Positions 7,600 to 16,739 of a DNA stretch of 32,000 bases are shown piece by piece (positions within the stretch are counted from its first letter, which is position 1; every line of letters starts with the position of its first letter). The stretch is taken from contig NZ_ATUG01000001.1 of assembly GCF_000420085.1 (NCBI RefSeq), positions 1,479,223-1,511,222 on the forward strand, written 5' to 3'. The notes below the pieces were generated by a model, which did no database searches, was not told where the DNA came from, and was given only the letters and a program-made list of their open reading frames with translations. This DNA is from Desulfospira joergensenii DSM 10085. Lineage in GTDB: Bacteria; Desulfobacterota; Desulfobacteria; Desulfobacterales; Desulfobacteraceae. Made by a program: the position numbers and the translations under genes.

Positions 7600-10479
7600 A
7601 TGAAAAATTCTCCCAAAAAACAGCCGGAATCCGTTTTCGTGTTTAAATGGTTTCTGGTCGCGGCTTTTTTTATTTCAGGAGCCACCTCTTTATCACTCGA
7701 AGTGGCATGGTCCAAAGAGCTTTCTTATCTTCTGGGTGTGGATATTTTTTCCACGACAACCGTGGTAACGGTTTATATGCTGGGGCTGGGATTGGGGGCC
7801 TTGTGTGCCGCCCGGATAAAATGGGAAGCAGGCCTTTCCATAAAGGTATACGGATATCTCCAATTGGGCATCGGCTTTCTCGGGTTGATTTCCATTCCCT
7901 TGTTCAGGAGCACAACCCCGCTGTTTACCTTTCTTCACACCCAATTGGCCTATGACAGCGGATGGTTTCTGGCCGCCCGTTTTTTCATTGTCTTTTTAAT
8001 GATGCTTCTGCCGGTATTTCTCATGGGGATGACCCTGCCGGTGGTCGTGGGGGCATCCTATGACAAAATCAAGGACAGGTATGCCTATCTGACAGGCCTG
8101 CTTTATGGCGCCAATACCCTGGGGGCCCTTTTCGGTACGCTTGCTGCAGGCTTCTATTTTGTTCCCCTGCTGGGAATTCTTAAAACCTGTCTCTATACCG
8201 GTGCAGCAGATCTCATGGTGGGTATCGCCGTATGCCTTTTTCCCAAATGGAAGCCGGCTCTCTTTTTATCCCCTCCGGTAAAATCCCTGAAAAAAAAGAA
8301 AAAAGAACCTGCTGTTACAGAGTCTTCCCGTAAAGATTCTTTTTTTACCCCGAATAAAATTGCATGGGTATTTTTTTTCTCAGGCATCAGTGCCCTGGCA
8401 TATGAGATAATCTGGTTCAGGCTTCTGGCCAGGATTATCGGCCCCTCTGTCCACTCCTTTTCCATCATGCTGGCGACCTACCTTGCCGGCATCGGCCTGG
8501 GGAGCACTTTCGGATCACGTTTGATCCGGCGTTTCGGGGACAGAAAAATGCTCATCACCGTCCTGCTGGGGTTCATTGGCTTTGGCGGCCTTTTTTCGCT
8601 GTTTTTCATAAATGAACTGCCCCTGTGGTACGGGAAAATGTTCATCCAATATACCAGTGATGTCTTTACCTATCGCAACCTTCTGGTGCAGGCGGGCCTG
8701 GCATCCCTGCTCATTCTTCCCGTTACGATTCCTTTGGGCATTTTCTTTCCCACCATTGTCCACTTTTATCGAAAGGAGCAATTGCCCCAAAGATCTCAGC
8801 AAAATACCGAAGTGGGCCATTTATATTTTTTCAACACTATAGGAGGGGTTATCGGCAGTCTTGCGGCAGGCTTCTGGATGCTGCCGGTTTTGGGGATACA
8901 AACTTCATTGATGCTTTCCGCCGGCTTAAGTATTTTCCTGTCCCTGCTTTGGTATCTGAAGAATTCCGATGCCGGCCGGACATCTAAAACCGGTGTCGCC
9001 GCCGGTGTGATTCTCCTGTTCCTGATCGGATGTTTTGCGCACCCGGGAGCGGATCAGGCCGTTCTCAACTCCGGGGTGTATATTGAGATGATCCAAAAGG
9101 AATCCTTTAAAAAAGACATGGACAAAGGACGCCTGGAGCAAGGCCGCTTATTGTACTTTGAGGAAGGCATTAACAACAGCGTTGCTGTTGTGGGGAACAA
9201 ATTCAACGACGGAAACCTGACCCTTCACCTGAGCGGCGGGTGGGTTTCATCAACAGAATTTCATGGCCGGATGCATCTGGAATTTCTGGGCCACCTCCCC
9301 ATGCTGTTTGCCAAAAAAACAGAAACCGTCGGTATTATCGGATTCGGTACCGGCGTGACCGCAGGGAATGTACTATTGTATCCTGATGTTAAACAGGTCA
9401 ATATTTTCGAGCTGGAACAGGGTGTGGTTAATGCCAGCAGATATTTTAATCACATCAACGATCACCCCATGAAAGACCCCCGGGCCAATGTGATGATGAT
9501 TGACGGCAGGAGCCATATCACCTACAGCGGCATAAAATACGATATTATAACCACGGATCCGATCCACCCCTTTGTTGCCGGAGCGGCAAATCTGTACACA
9601 AGAGATTTCTACCAAACGGTTTCAGCCCATTTGAATCCCGGCGGTGTTTTCTGTCAATGGATCCCTTTATCCGGTATTTCGGAAGACTCCTATAATGTTA
9701 TCTTAAACACGGTACATGATGTGTTTCCCCATCTTGCCCTGTTTACCTTTTTCGGGGAGTCTGTGGTCATCGGTTCCGCGACCCCGTTTCAAACACCGTG
9801 GTCAACCGTGGAAAAACGGTTCTATTCAAAACGCGTACATGAAGATTTTAAAAAAATGGATTTTCTCACGCCCTACAATCTGGCGGCATTCTTCCTGGGC
9901 GCTGAAAAAGAACTCAATGACTATCTCTCTCCATTTGCCAAGCTCAGCACAGATGATAATGTTTGGCTTGAACATCAAATTCCCATGGATATGATGAATC
10001 CGTCCCGGGCCAACCTCTATTTCAAGCTCAGTAAAACCTTCCAAAAGAACAACACAACCGGTTTTATATCTCTTTTCCCGGGAATATCTCCGGAAAAACT
10101 GTCCAAAGAGATGGCCGGGGTTGCAAGGAACGGGGCCCTGGATTATCAAATTGCGATGAAGGAAAAAGCAGATAATAAATTTGAGCAAATGGAAACCCAT
10201 TTAAAGAGTGCCATTTCCGACCGGAACAACATCCATGCTTACGGGGCAGGAATCGAACTGGTCAATTTCCTGGCCAAATCCGGGCGCGACAGGGAAGTAT
10301 TGCCAGTCACCGCTTTTCTCCAGAGGAACTTTCCGACTTACCCCGAGGCGTATCAGGCACGGATAGAGGCGTTACATGCCCTTGGAGAAAAAAAAGAGGC
10401 CGAGGACACCCTTACCCAGGCCCTGCTCTACCTTCCGGATAATCCGGATTTACTTAAAATGAAGTCCATAAAAGAGTAA
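7600..10479 (+). CDS. Fused polytopic membrane (MFS-like) / spermidine-synthase-like methyltransferase-fold / C-terminal TPR-like protein
   Basis: About 480 aa of repeated TM helices come first. A SpeE-like core follows (IGFGTGVTAGN, YDIITTDPIHPF, LNPGGVFCQW), then a helical repeat tail (AYQARIEALHALGEKKEAEDTLTQALLYLPDNPDL). Confidence 0.8.
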   Translation: MKNSPKKQPESVFVFKWFLVAAFFISGATSLSLEVAWSKELSYLLGVDIFSTTTVVTVYMLGLGLGALCAARIKWEAGLSIKVYGYLQLGIGFLGLISIPLFRSTTPLFTFLHTQLAYDSGWFLAARFFIVFLMMLLPVFLMGMTLPVVVGASYDKIKDRYAYLTGLLYGANTLGALFGTLAAGFYFVPLLGILKTCLYTGAADLMVGIAVCLFPKWKPALFLSPPVKSLKKKKKEPAVTESSRKDSFFTPNKIAWVFFFSGISALAYEIIWFRLLARIIGPSVHSFSIMLATYLAGIGLGSTFGSRLIRRFGDRKMLITVLLGFIGFGGLFSLFFINELPLWYGKMFIQYTSDVFTYRNLLVQAGLASLLILPVTIPLGIFFPTIVHFYRKEQLPQRSQQNTEVGHLYFFNTIGGVIGSLAAGFWMLPVLGIQTSLMLSAGLSIFLSLLWYLKNSDAGRTSKTGVAAGVILLFLIGCFAHPGADQAVLNSGVYIEMIQKESFKKDMDKGRLEQGRLLYFEEGINNSVAVVGNKFNDGNLTLHLSGGWVSSTEFHGRMHLEFLGHLPMLFAKKTETVGIIGFGTGVTAGNVLLYPDVKQVNIFELEQGVVNASRYFNHINDHPMKDPRANVMMIDGRSHITYSGIKYDIITTDPIHPFVAGAANLYTRDFYQTVSAHLNPGGVFCQWIPLSGISEDSYNVILNTVHDVFPHLALFTFFGESVVIGSATPFQTPWSTVEKRFYSKRVHEDFKKMDFLTPYNLAAFFLGAEKELNDYLSPFAKLSTDDNVWLEHQIPMDMMNPSRANLYFKLSKTFQKNNTTGFISLFPGISPEKLSKEMAGVARNGALDYQIAMKEKADNKFEQMETHLKSAISDRNNIHAYGAGIELVNFLAKSGRDREVLPVTAFLQRNFPTYPEAYQARIEALHALGEKKEAEDTLTQALLYLPDNPDLLKMKSIKE

Positions 10480-10825
10480 ATGGGCGATACGGATGAAAAT
10501 GGATCCCGGAATGAAATTGCCTTTAAACCTCCGTCCATGGACTGTCAAACCCCGTTGGACCTTGGAAACGGGAAAAGAACGCCATATATCCGAAAAACAG
10601 GCAACACTGTTGAATATACCCGTTAAAAAGTGTATATATCAGCGTTAAAAGATCCGCCTGAAGATCGGGCAGGTCTTTGGTCATTTTGGCAGTTTGGGTC
10701 TGAATGAACCGAAAAAATTGGACGGATTTACAAATGCGGCCAATTATCATCCCCAACTCAATTTCCCGGGTTAAAATGGTTTTATTCCGGGGTTTATTTA
10801 ATCGACACAAGAGGAGGCAGTTTAA

Positions 10826-11800
10826 ATGAAAAAAATCGCATTGATCATTTCCACCCTATTTCTGGCAGCAGGTCTGTTCTCAGGCCAGGCCCTGGCCGCC
10901 GACAGAATCTTTTTCGGTATTGCCACCGGCGGTACCGGTGGTACTTACTATCCCCTGGGCGGAATGCTGGCCCAGATGATCTCCAACAAGGTGGTCATTG
11001 ACGGAAAAAAACTATCCGCAACAGCAGAAACCGGGAATGCCTCGGTTGCCAACGCCACCCTCCTGAGCCGGGGGGGGATTGAGTCTGCCTTTGTGGCAGC
11101 CGATATCCTGGATGCCGCCTATAAGGGAATCAAGCAGTTTAAGGGCAAGAACCTGAAAAACATCAGGGCCCTGGGCGCCCTCTATCCGGAAACCGTTCAG
11201 CTGGTGGTCCGGGCCAATGCCGGGGTGAAAACCTTTACCGATCTCAAGGGCAAATCCATTTCCTCCGGTTCCCCGGGATCCGGCCAGTGGCAGCTGCTGG
11301 GCGATCTTCTGGCCTCCTATGGAATGGACCGGAAAACCGATATTTCAGAAGACTACTCTTCCTTTTCCCAGTCTGTTGAAAAAATCAAGGACGGCAACCT
11401 GGACGCCTCTCTGATCACCGCCGGTACTCCCACGGCCTCCGTGCTTGAGCTGGCCAACCACCATGACATCCTGATCCTTCCTTTGACCGGCGCTCCCATT
11501 AAAGCTCTCCAGAAGGTTCAGCCTTACTATGCCAATGCCGTACTGCCGGCAAACACCTACAAGGGTCAGACCAGCGATGTGAATACCATTGCCGTCAGGG
11601 CCATCTGGGCCACCCATGATAAACTGGACGACGAGACTGCCTACAATGTGGTCAAGGCCCTGTATGAAAATACCGATACCCTGGCCAAGGTCCATGTAAA
11701 AGGAAAGGAGATTTCCCTTGAAAAGGCCCTTGAGTCTGTTTCCATTCCCCTCCATCCCGGTGCGGAACGCTACTATCGTGAAAAAGGCCTCATAAAATAG
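10826..11800 (+). CDS. TAXI-family TRAP transporter solute-binding protein
   Basis: Signal peptide (MKKIALIISTLFLAAGLFSGQALA) and the TAXI signature GTGGTGGTYYPLGGMLA. A strong RBS, AAGAGGAGG, lies upstream. Confidence 0.85.
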   Translation: MKKIALIISTLFLAAGLFSGQALAADRIFFGIATGGTGGTYYPLGGMLAQMISNKVVIDGKKLSATAETGNASVANATLLSRGGIESAFVAADILDAAYKGIKQFKGKNLKNIRALGALYPETVQLVVRANAGVKTFTDLKGKSISSGSPGSGQWQLLGDLLASYGMDRKTDISEDYSSFSQSVEKIKDGNLDASLITAGTPTASVLELANHHDILILPLTGAPIKALQKVQPYYANAVLPANTYKGQTSDVNTIAVRAIWATHDKLDDETAYNVVKALYENTDTLAKVHVKGKEISLEKALESVSIPLHPGAERYYREKGLIK

Positions 11801-11801
11801 G

Positions 11802-12269
11802 ATGAGACCCCTGGTTTCAGGCGTGCTGGTATGCCTATTGGGCATACTGGCCGCCTGCAGTTCCCTGGTATCCTTTGGGACAGCCGGGCAGATCGTTATT
11901 TCACGGTTTCCGGAAAAAGGGGAACTCTTCAGGATCCCCCTGGGGCCGGAAAAGCAATTCTCCCTCTCATTCATCCACTCCGTATCCAAAACAGAGGTGA
12001 TTGATGTCTATGAGATCCGGGGCCGGGAGATTATCCAGACCCGGGAAATCTTTTCCGCCCATGGGGCAGGACTGCCCTCCAGCCCGGAAGAGCCGGGCGG
12101 GCTTTTCTGGGAACAGAAGGACCAGCACTTTGTTCTTCATATGGAAAGGCCCATGCCGCGGCTGGTGGTCCGGACGGATAAAAACTACAAAAACCGTCTC
12201 ACGGTTCAGGGCCGGACCGTCAACCTGAACCAGTGGGAAGACCAGGCCCTGTTATTGACCACAGAGTAA
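11802..12269 (+). CDS. DUF1850-type small protein typical of TAXI-TRAP operons
   Basis: It sits between the TAXI receptor and the fused permease, has an N-terminal lipoprotein-like signal (LLGILAAC), and starts 1 nt after the upstream stop. The family call rests on position and size, recalled from memory. Confidence 0.6.
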   Translation: MRPLVSGVLVCLLGILAACSSLVSFGTAGQIVISRFPEKGELFRIPLGPEKQFSLSFIHSVSKTEVIDVYEIRGREIIQTREIFSAHGAGLPSSPEEPGGLFWEQKDQHFVLHMERPMPRLVVRTDKNYKNRLTVQGRTVNLNQWEDQALLLTTE

Positions 12270-12287
12270 CCTTAAGAAGGATGTAAA

Positions 12288-14543
12288 ATGAGCGTTGAGG
12301 AAATCAAAAACAACCCAGAGCCGCCGGGAAGCGGACTTTCCCAGGGAGAAGTGGACGAATCCCAGATCGAGGCCATTGTAAAAAAATATGATGCAGAGTC
12401 CAATTTCAGAAATCTGGGCGGAATTACCGCCAAGATCACTGCTCTTCTCTGTATTGTTCTAAGTCTTTTCCATGTCTATACGGCCGGGTTCGGCCTTCTC
12501 AACGAGGTCATGCACAGGACCGTCCATCTGACCCTGGTGCTGGGTCTGGTCTTTCTTGTCTTCCCCAGGCGAAAACCCAAAAAGATCGTCTCGGACTGGA
12601 TTTTCAGCCTCTGTTTTGCCGGGTTTTATCTTTTCCTGGCATGGCAGTTGAGTTCCCGTTTTGCAGACGAGCTTCCCCTCATCGGCGAGATCGGGCTCAT
12701 TGCATTTATCTTTTTCGTTGCCCTGACCGCCCTGCCCATCCGGCAGTTCAAGGGAGAGGGGGATGAACTCTCCTTTACAGACTGGCCCCTGGCCATTGCC
12801 GCAGGGGGCATCTCCCTCTACCTGATTGTTTTCTTCAAGAAAATCTTCATCGTCAACATTGGTTTCCCGGGGCTGCCCGACTATCTCATGGGGCTTCTGG
12901 CCGTTATCATGGTCACGGAGGCCTGCAGGCGGGTCATGGGCAACACCCTGCCTTCCATCGGCGCCCTCTCCCTTTTATATGCGGTGTTGGGTCCCCATCT
13001 TCCCGGGGTCCTGGCCCACAGGGGATATGATATCATCCGCATTGTGGAGCACCTCTATCTGGGTACGGAAGGCATTTACGGTGTGGCCGTGGGGGTTGTG
13101 GCCACCTATGTTTTCCACTTTGTTCTCTTCGGCGTCATGGCCCAGGCATCCGGACTAGGGCAGCTCTTCATTGACCTTGCCATGATTCTGGCCGGGAAAT
13201 ACTCCGGCGGGCCGGCCAAGGTTTCAGTGGTCTCTTCCGGATTTTTCGGGATGATCTCCGGTTCTCCCATTGCCAATACCGCCACCACGGGATCCTTCAC
13301 CATTCCCATGATGAAAAAAAACGGGTTCACGCCAAGATTTGCCTCTGCTGTTGAGGCCTCGGCCTCCTGCGGCGGACAGGTCACCCCGCCCATCATGGGG
13401 GCATCGGCCTTTGTGATGACGGAGATGCTCGGGGTTCCCTACAACGAGATCATCCTCATCGCCATCATCCCGGCTCTGTTCCACTACCTGGCCATTTTTT
13501 CCATGGTCCACCTGGAAGCCAAACGCCTGGGCCTTAAGGGCATGGCCAAAGAACAGATCCCCCAGATCATGCAGGTGCTCAAGACATCCTGGCACCTGGT
13601 GATTCCCCTCACCGTCATGGTCACCCTGCTGCTCATGCAGTTTACCCCCTATCTGGCCGCCTTCTGGGGCATCATCCTCACCGTGGTCTGTTCCTATATT
13701 CCCCCCATTACCAAAAAACTGGGGCTCGGTGAGCTGGACGACACCAAGACCCTGACCCCCAGACGGATTGCAAAGGGCCTGGATGAAGGGGCCAAGTATG
13801 CCCTGGCCATCGGAGCTGCCTGCGCCTGCGTGGGATTTATCCTGGGCGTCCTGACCCTTACGGGCATGGGATTTAAATTTTCCGGGGCGGTTCTGGAGCT
13901 TTCGTCCGCAGCCGGTCAGTTCATCTCCGGGATCATTCCATTCGGACTGGTTTCCCTAGGCGGATCCACCCTTTTCTTTGGTCTGATCATGGTGGCCGTT
14001 GCCTGCATCATCATGGGAGCCGGAATTCCCACCACCCCCTGCTATATCATTCTGGCCTCCATTGCCGGGCCCGCCCTGAACAACCTGGGGGTCCCCCTGA
14101 TCGCCACCCATTTTTTCGTATTTTATTACGGGGTCCTGGCGGATGTAACACCGCCCGTTGCCCTGGCCGCCTATGCCGGTGCAGGCATTGGCGGGGCAGA
14201 TCCCATGCGGACCGGTACCACGGCATTCCGGCTCTCCATGGGCAAGGCCCTGGTGCCTTTTATGTTTGTCTATGCCCCCAGCATGCTCTTCATTAATTTT
14301 ACGATCACTGAATTTTCCCTGGCCATTGTCAGCGGCATCCTGGGAGTCATTGCCCTGTCTGCGGCCTATATCGGCTATTTTCGATTCCCGGTCCGCCCCC
14401 TGGGCAAGGTCCTTTTAACCATCGGGGGACTCTTTCTGGTATCCAGCGAACTCACCGTGATCCTGGTGGGTGCGGCCCTTGTCTTTGCCGTACTTTTGCC
14501 CCAGTTTTTCAAAACACCGGCACAGGCCCCGGCCAATGCCTGA
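12288..14543 (+). CDS. TRAP transporter fused permease (4TM/12TM fusion, TAXI type)
   Basis: A 751-aa, very hydrophobic protein in the operon position after the TAXI and DUF1850 genes. RBS is AAGAAGGA. Confidence 0.85.
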   Translation: MSVEEIKNNPEPPGSGLSQGEVDESQIEAIVKKYDAESNFRNLGGITAKITALLCIVLSLFHVYTAGFGLLNEVMHRTVHLTLVLGLVFLVFPRRKPKKIVSDWIFSLCFAGFYLFLAWQLSSRFADELPLIGEIGLIAFIFFVALTALPIRQFKGEGDELSFTDWPLAIAAGGISLYLIVFFKKIFIVNIGFPGLPDYLMGLLAVIMVTEACRRVMGNTLPSIGALSLLYAVLGPHLPGVLAHRGYDIIRIVEHLYLGTEGIYGVAVGVVATYVFHFVLFGVMAQASGLGQLFIDLAMILAGKYSGGPAKVSVVSSGFFGMISGSPIANTATTGSFTIPMMKKNGFTPRFASAVEASASCGGQVTPPIMGASAFVMTEMLGVPYNEIILIAIIPALFHYLAIFSMVHLEAKRLGLKGMAKEQIPQIMQVLKTSWHLVIPLTVMVTLLLMQFTPYLAAFWGIILTVVCSYIPPITKKLGLGELDDTKTLTPRRIAKGLDEGAKYALAIGAACACVGFILGVLTLTGMGFKFSGAVLELSSAAGQFISGIIPFGLVSLGGSTLFFGLIMVAVACIIMGAGIPTTPCYIILASIAGPALNNLGVPLIATHFFVFYYGVLADVTPPVALAAYAGAGIGGADPMRTGTTAFRLSMGKALVPFMFVYAPSMLFINFTITEFSLAIVSGILGVIALSAAYIGYFRFPVRPLGKVLLTIGGLFLVSSELTVILVGAALVFAVLLPQFFKTPAQAPANA

Positions 14544-14569
14544 CCCAAACCGACCGGATTGAATCAGCC

Positions 14570-14599
14570 CCCTGCCCAGGGCATCTGCCCTGGGCAGGG
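14570..14599 (+). terminator. Stem-loop terminator candidate after the TRAP operon
   Basis: CCCTGCCCAGGGCA (14570-14583) is the reverse complement of TGCCCTGGGCAGGG (14586-14599). It begins 27 nt after the stop codon and is followed by TGTTGTT, a weak U-tract. Confidence 0.6.
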
Positions 14600-14999
14600 A
14601 TGTTGTTCCCGGATTCCATTCACTATACCGTGATCACGCCATCTTTCTCGGTGATTTTTTCAATCATGACGGCGAAGCCGGCGCAAAGCGTCAACACTGA
14701 ATCAATGGACAGGTTGGCAACAATGGATCGATCTAAAAATAAATTCAATGTGGACGGCAGACCCTCTTCCGCTTCCATAATATAGCAGATCACTGGTACT
14801 TTGGGCAGTGGGCTGAGTACAACGGAAATGTCCGCCTGGAACCTCTTATCCGGCGATAAAGAATTGACCCGATTTTCACTTGAACAAAGCGGCTATTTGG
14901 ATTTTTCCTTCTGGAAAAACCAGTTTTGGATCGGATTTGGAATGATTCGGGACAAACCCGGCAGCCCGGTGGTTCCGATTGAAGATTCCGGCTGGTTTT

Positions 15000-15249
15000 T
15001 TATTTAAAGATAGAGGAGGGACTCAGACCGAACATCTGCTTAAAGGTACGGCTCAAATGGGCAGAGTCTGAAAAACCGGCCATAGGGCTGCTTCCGTCAG
15101 GTTGCTGTCGGCAATACAGGCATATTTTACCGCTTCCATTGTTTGAGCCATTTGAGGTATCGTTTGAAAGAGAGGCCTGTCTCTTCTTTAAAAAGGTGAC
15201 GGACCCGGCTCTTTTGATTTGGGTCACTATACCGCACAAGGGCTGTCAT
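15000..15249 (-). pseudogene. AraC/XylS-family regulator remnant: HTH region only, with two frameshifts
   Basis: Three consecutive minus-strand reading frames together spell an AraC HTH: SRVRHLFKEETGLSFKRYLKWLK (stop), then MEAVKYACIADSNLTEAAL (frame change), then MAGFSDSAHLSRTFKQMFGLSPSSIFK (stop). There is no room for an N-terminal effector domain, because the TetR gene ends at 15278. Confidence 0.75.
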
Positions 15250-15277
15250 TTTAAGTGCGGGCCGGATAAAGGCAGAA

Positions 15278-15946
15278 TCAGACGGGCCTGTCCGGTCCCT
15301 TTTGCAAAGCCCCGTTGAGAAAAGTCGTTACAGACTCGATCACGCTCTCGCTGAAATCGGGTTCAAATATGTCGATTTGAGCTTCCTGAAGCAGCTTCTT
15401 TACCTGCCTGGGGCTGTAAAACATCTGCCACAGACCGAATATAAGGGCATAGATCCTCAGATGGACTTTTACCCACTGGTCCGCGCTCAGACCCGGGAAA
15501 AGTCTGCAGGTCATCTGGCTGCGGGCATCCAATAACCCGGCAAGCTGAATCTTGAATTTCAGAAACATCCCCTCGTCATCATCTCCTTCGAAAAGGCTGT
15601 TGGCAATGCTTCCCATTTTCAAGACCAGGGTATTTTCAATGATGTACTGACTTGACAGCCTGGCATACCCGGATACACTTATCTTCCCGGGATGGTTTTC
15701 CAAAGTCTCGGCAACGGAGTCATGCCACAATTTGAGCTGATGCATGTAAAGAGAAAGAAAAATCTCATTCTTTGTTTTAAAGTAAAGATAGACACTTCCC
15801 TTGGACAGTCCGGCCTTCCGGGCGATCTCGGAAACCGTGGGGAGGGTCCCTTCACTTTTTTCATAAAGCAGCCAGGCGGTTTTTAAAATTTTTTCCCTGC
15901 GTCTGAGTTTGTCTTTTTCATTGATGGCTCGTTTCCGGACTGCCAT
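15278..15946 (-). CDS. TetR/AcrR-family transcriptional regulator
   Basis: N-terminal HTH TVSEIARKAGLSKGSVYLYFKTKNEIF. RBS AAAGGAAG lies 7 nt upstream of the ATG. Confidence 0.9.
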   Translation of the reverse strand: MAVRKRAINEKDKLRRREKILKTAWLLYEKSEGTLPTVSEIARKAGLSKGSVYLYFKTKNEIFLSLYMHQLKLWHDSVAETLENHPGKISVSGYARLSSQYIIENTLVLKMGSIANSLFEGDDDEGMFLKFKIQLAGLLDARSQMTCRLFPGLSADQWVKVHLRIYALIFGLWQMFYSPRQVKKLLQEAQIDIFEPDFSESVIESVTTFLNGALQKGPDRPV

Positions 15947-16029
15947 GGCCGAGGCTTCCTTTTCTGTTGCGGATCAGTATCATTTTCCGGACAGTATCAA
16001 ATACCCGTTTTTAAAACAATAAAAATAAT

Positions 16030-16101
16030 TGACTATCGGTCATTTGTTCCTTGACAACTGACCATCGGTCAATTATATTTTAAACAAATGACCACGGGTC
16101 A
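16030..16101. promoter_or_regulatory. Three phased palindromic operators (TGACC-N3-GGTCA); candidate TetR binding array
   Basis: aatTGACTATCGGTCAttt (16030-16042), aacTGACCATCGGTCAatt (16059-16071) and aaaTGACCACGGGTCAgtt (16089-16101). Starts are spaced 29 and 30 bp apart. The flanks extend the dyad (AAn...nTT). Confidence 0.7.
16051..16079 (+). promoter_or_regulatory. Near-consensus sigma-70 promoter: TTGACA, 17-nt spacer, TATATT
   Basis: TTGACA is at 16051-16056 and TATATT at 16074-16079. The spacer is exactly 17 nt and consists almost entirely of operator 2. Operator 3 covers the predicted transcription start. The promoter faces the small ORF at 16175. Confidence 0.65.
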
Positions 16102-16174
16102 GTTATGCCGGCTGTTGATCCGTATGTCATGATTCTATCCATGTTTTTTAAAAAAGAAAAAGGAGAAACAGATA

Positions 16175-16456
16175 ATGAAAAAAAAACTTATCACCTTTAT
16201 CGCCATACTCAACCTGATATTTTTTAGTTCAATATCTTCGGCCCAGGCGTTTATTGATCCCGCATCTTTGACCCTGATCTTTGGTGCGGCCTTTGTCACA
16301 GTGGTGACCGGGTCTGAACTGATCAGAGATTCCCAGGCAGAGCCTGCCCAGGCGCAAATCCAAAAGGAGGACCCGGTCAAAGGCCAGGCCCGGGAAAAAA
16401 CGGACAAGATCACGGAAACTCAAATTGGGACCGACCCGTCCCCTTCCGGGTCCTGA
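16175..16456 (+). CDS. Small secreted or membrane-anchored protein of unknown function (93 aa)
   Basis: RBS AAAGGAGAA lies 7 nt upstream. The signal peptide MKKKLITFIAILNLIFFSSISSAQA has an AQA-F cleavage-type site. A second hydrophobic stretch (LTLIFGAAFVTVVTG) follows, then a Q/E/K/P-rich tail. The gene is bracketed by its own promoter and terminator. Confidence 0.65.
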   Translation: MKKKLITFIAILNLIFFSSISSAQAFIDPASLTLIFGAAFVTVVTGSELIRDSQAEPAQAQIQKEDPVKGQAREKTDKITETQIGTDPSPSGS

Positions 16457-16477
16457 TGCAGCACAAAGATCCATCCA

Positions 16478-16508
16478 GGGGTTTGGTCCGGCTTCCGGAC
16501 CGAACCCC
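16478..16508 (+). terminator. Stem-loop terminator candidate after the 93-aa ORF
   Basis: GGGGTTTGGTCCG (16478-16490) pairs with CGGACCGAACCCC (16496-16508), giving a 13-bp stem with one G-U pair and a 5-nt loop. A T-run (ATTTTT) follows after about 12 nt. Confidence 0.55.
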
Positions 16509-16656
16509 TGCCAAAGGTATTTTTGAGAATGCCGAGTTGCAAATATGTGGAAAAGACAACAAGAATAGTTACATTTTCGCACATTCCACCGTGCCGAATA
16601 TCCATCTCGTCCCCGGAACCCATTGTTATTTCAATTCATTTTTCACCCAGACATCC

Positions 16657-16672
16657 TGGCACAAAAATTGCT
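16657..16672 (+). promoter_or_regulatory. Sigma-54 (-24/-12) promoter
   Basis: TGGCAC-AAAAA-TTGCT matches TGGCAC-N5-TTGCW exactly. It lies 68 nt upstream of the EAL gene ATG. Confidence 0.7.
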
Positions 16673-16739
16673 TTTCTCTACCCCGTTATGAATTTTAATT
16701 TTGTGAACCGGGCAGTGAGCTTTTAGAAAAAAGAATCAA

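Noticed and set aside
8291-8305. A8-G-A6 homopolymeric run inside the fused spermidine-synthase-like gene (encodes KKKKKE) as a possible phase-variation tract
   Set aside because: It is a single interrupted run, is in frame, and encodes a plausible cytoplasmic Lys-rich loop. There is no evidence of slippage from one sequence.
10599-10615. Sigma-54-like sequence AGGCAAC-ACTGT-TGAAT upstream of the TRAP operon
   Set aside because: The -12 element reads TTGA rather than TTGC, so the near-invariant GC dinucleotide is missing. A second look-alike near 10690 (TGGCAG...GTCTG) also fails on the -12 GC.
10523-10810. 95-aa minus-strand ORF in the intergenic region upstream of the TAXI gene
   Set aside because: It has no RBS and no recognisable motif, and it lies in what should be the TRAP promoter region. 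I could not support it as a gene.
11345-11989. 214-aa minus-strand ORF
   Set aside because: It is antisense to the TAXI receptor and DUF1850 genes and has no recognisable motif.
14801-15007. 68-aa plus-strand ORF next to the AraC remnant
   Set aside because: It has no RBS, overlaps the pseudogene end, has no motif, and lies in a region that looks decayed.
16135-16582. Minus-strand ORFs (92 aa and 117 aa) overlapping the 93-aa plus-strand ORF
   Set aside because: The plus-strand ORF has a consensus promoter, a strong RBS, a signal peptide and a terminator. The minus-strand frames have none of these.
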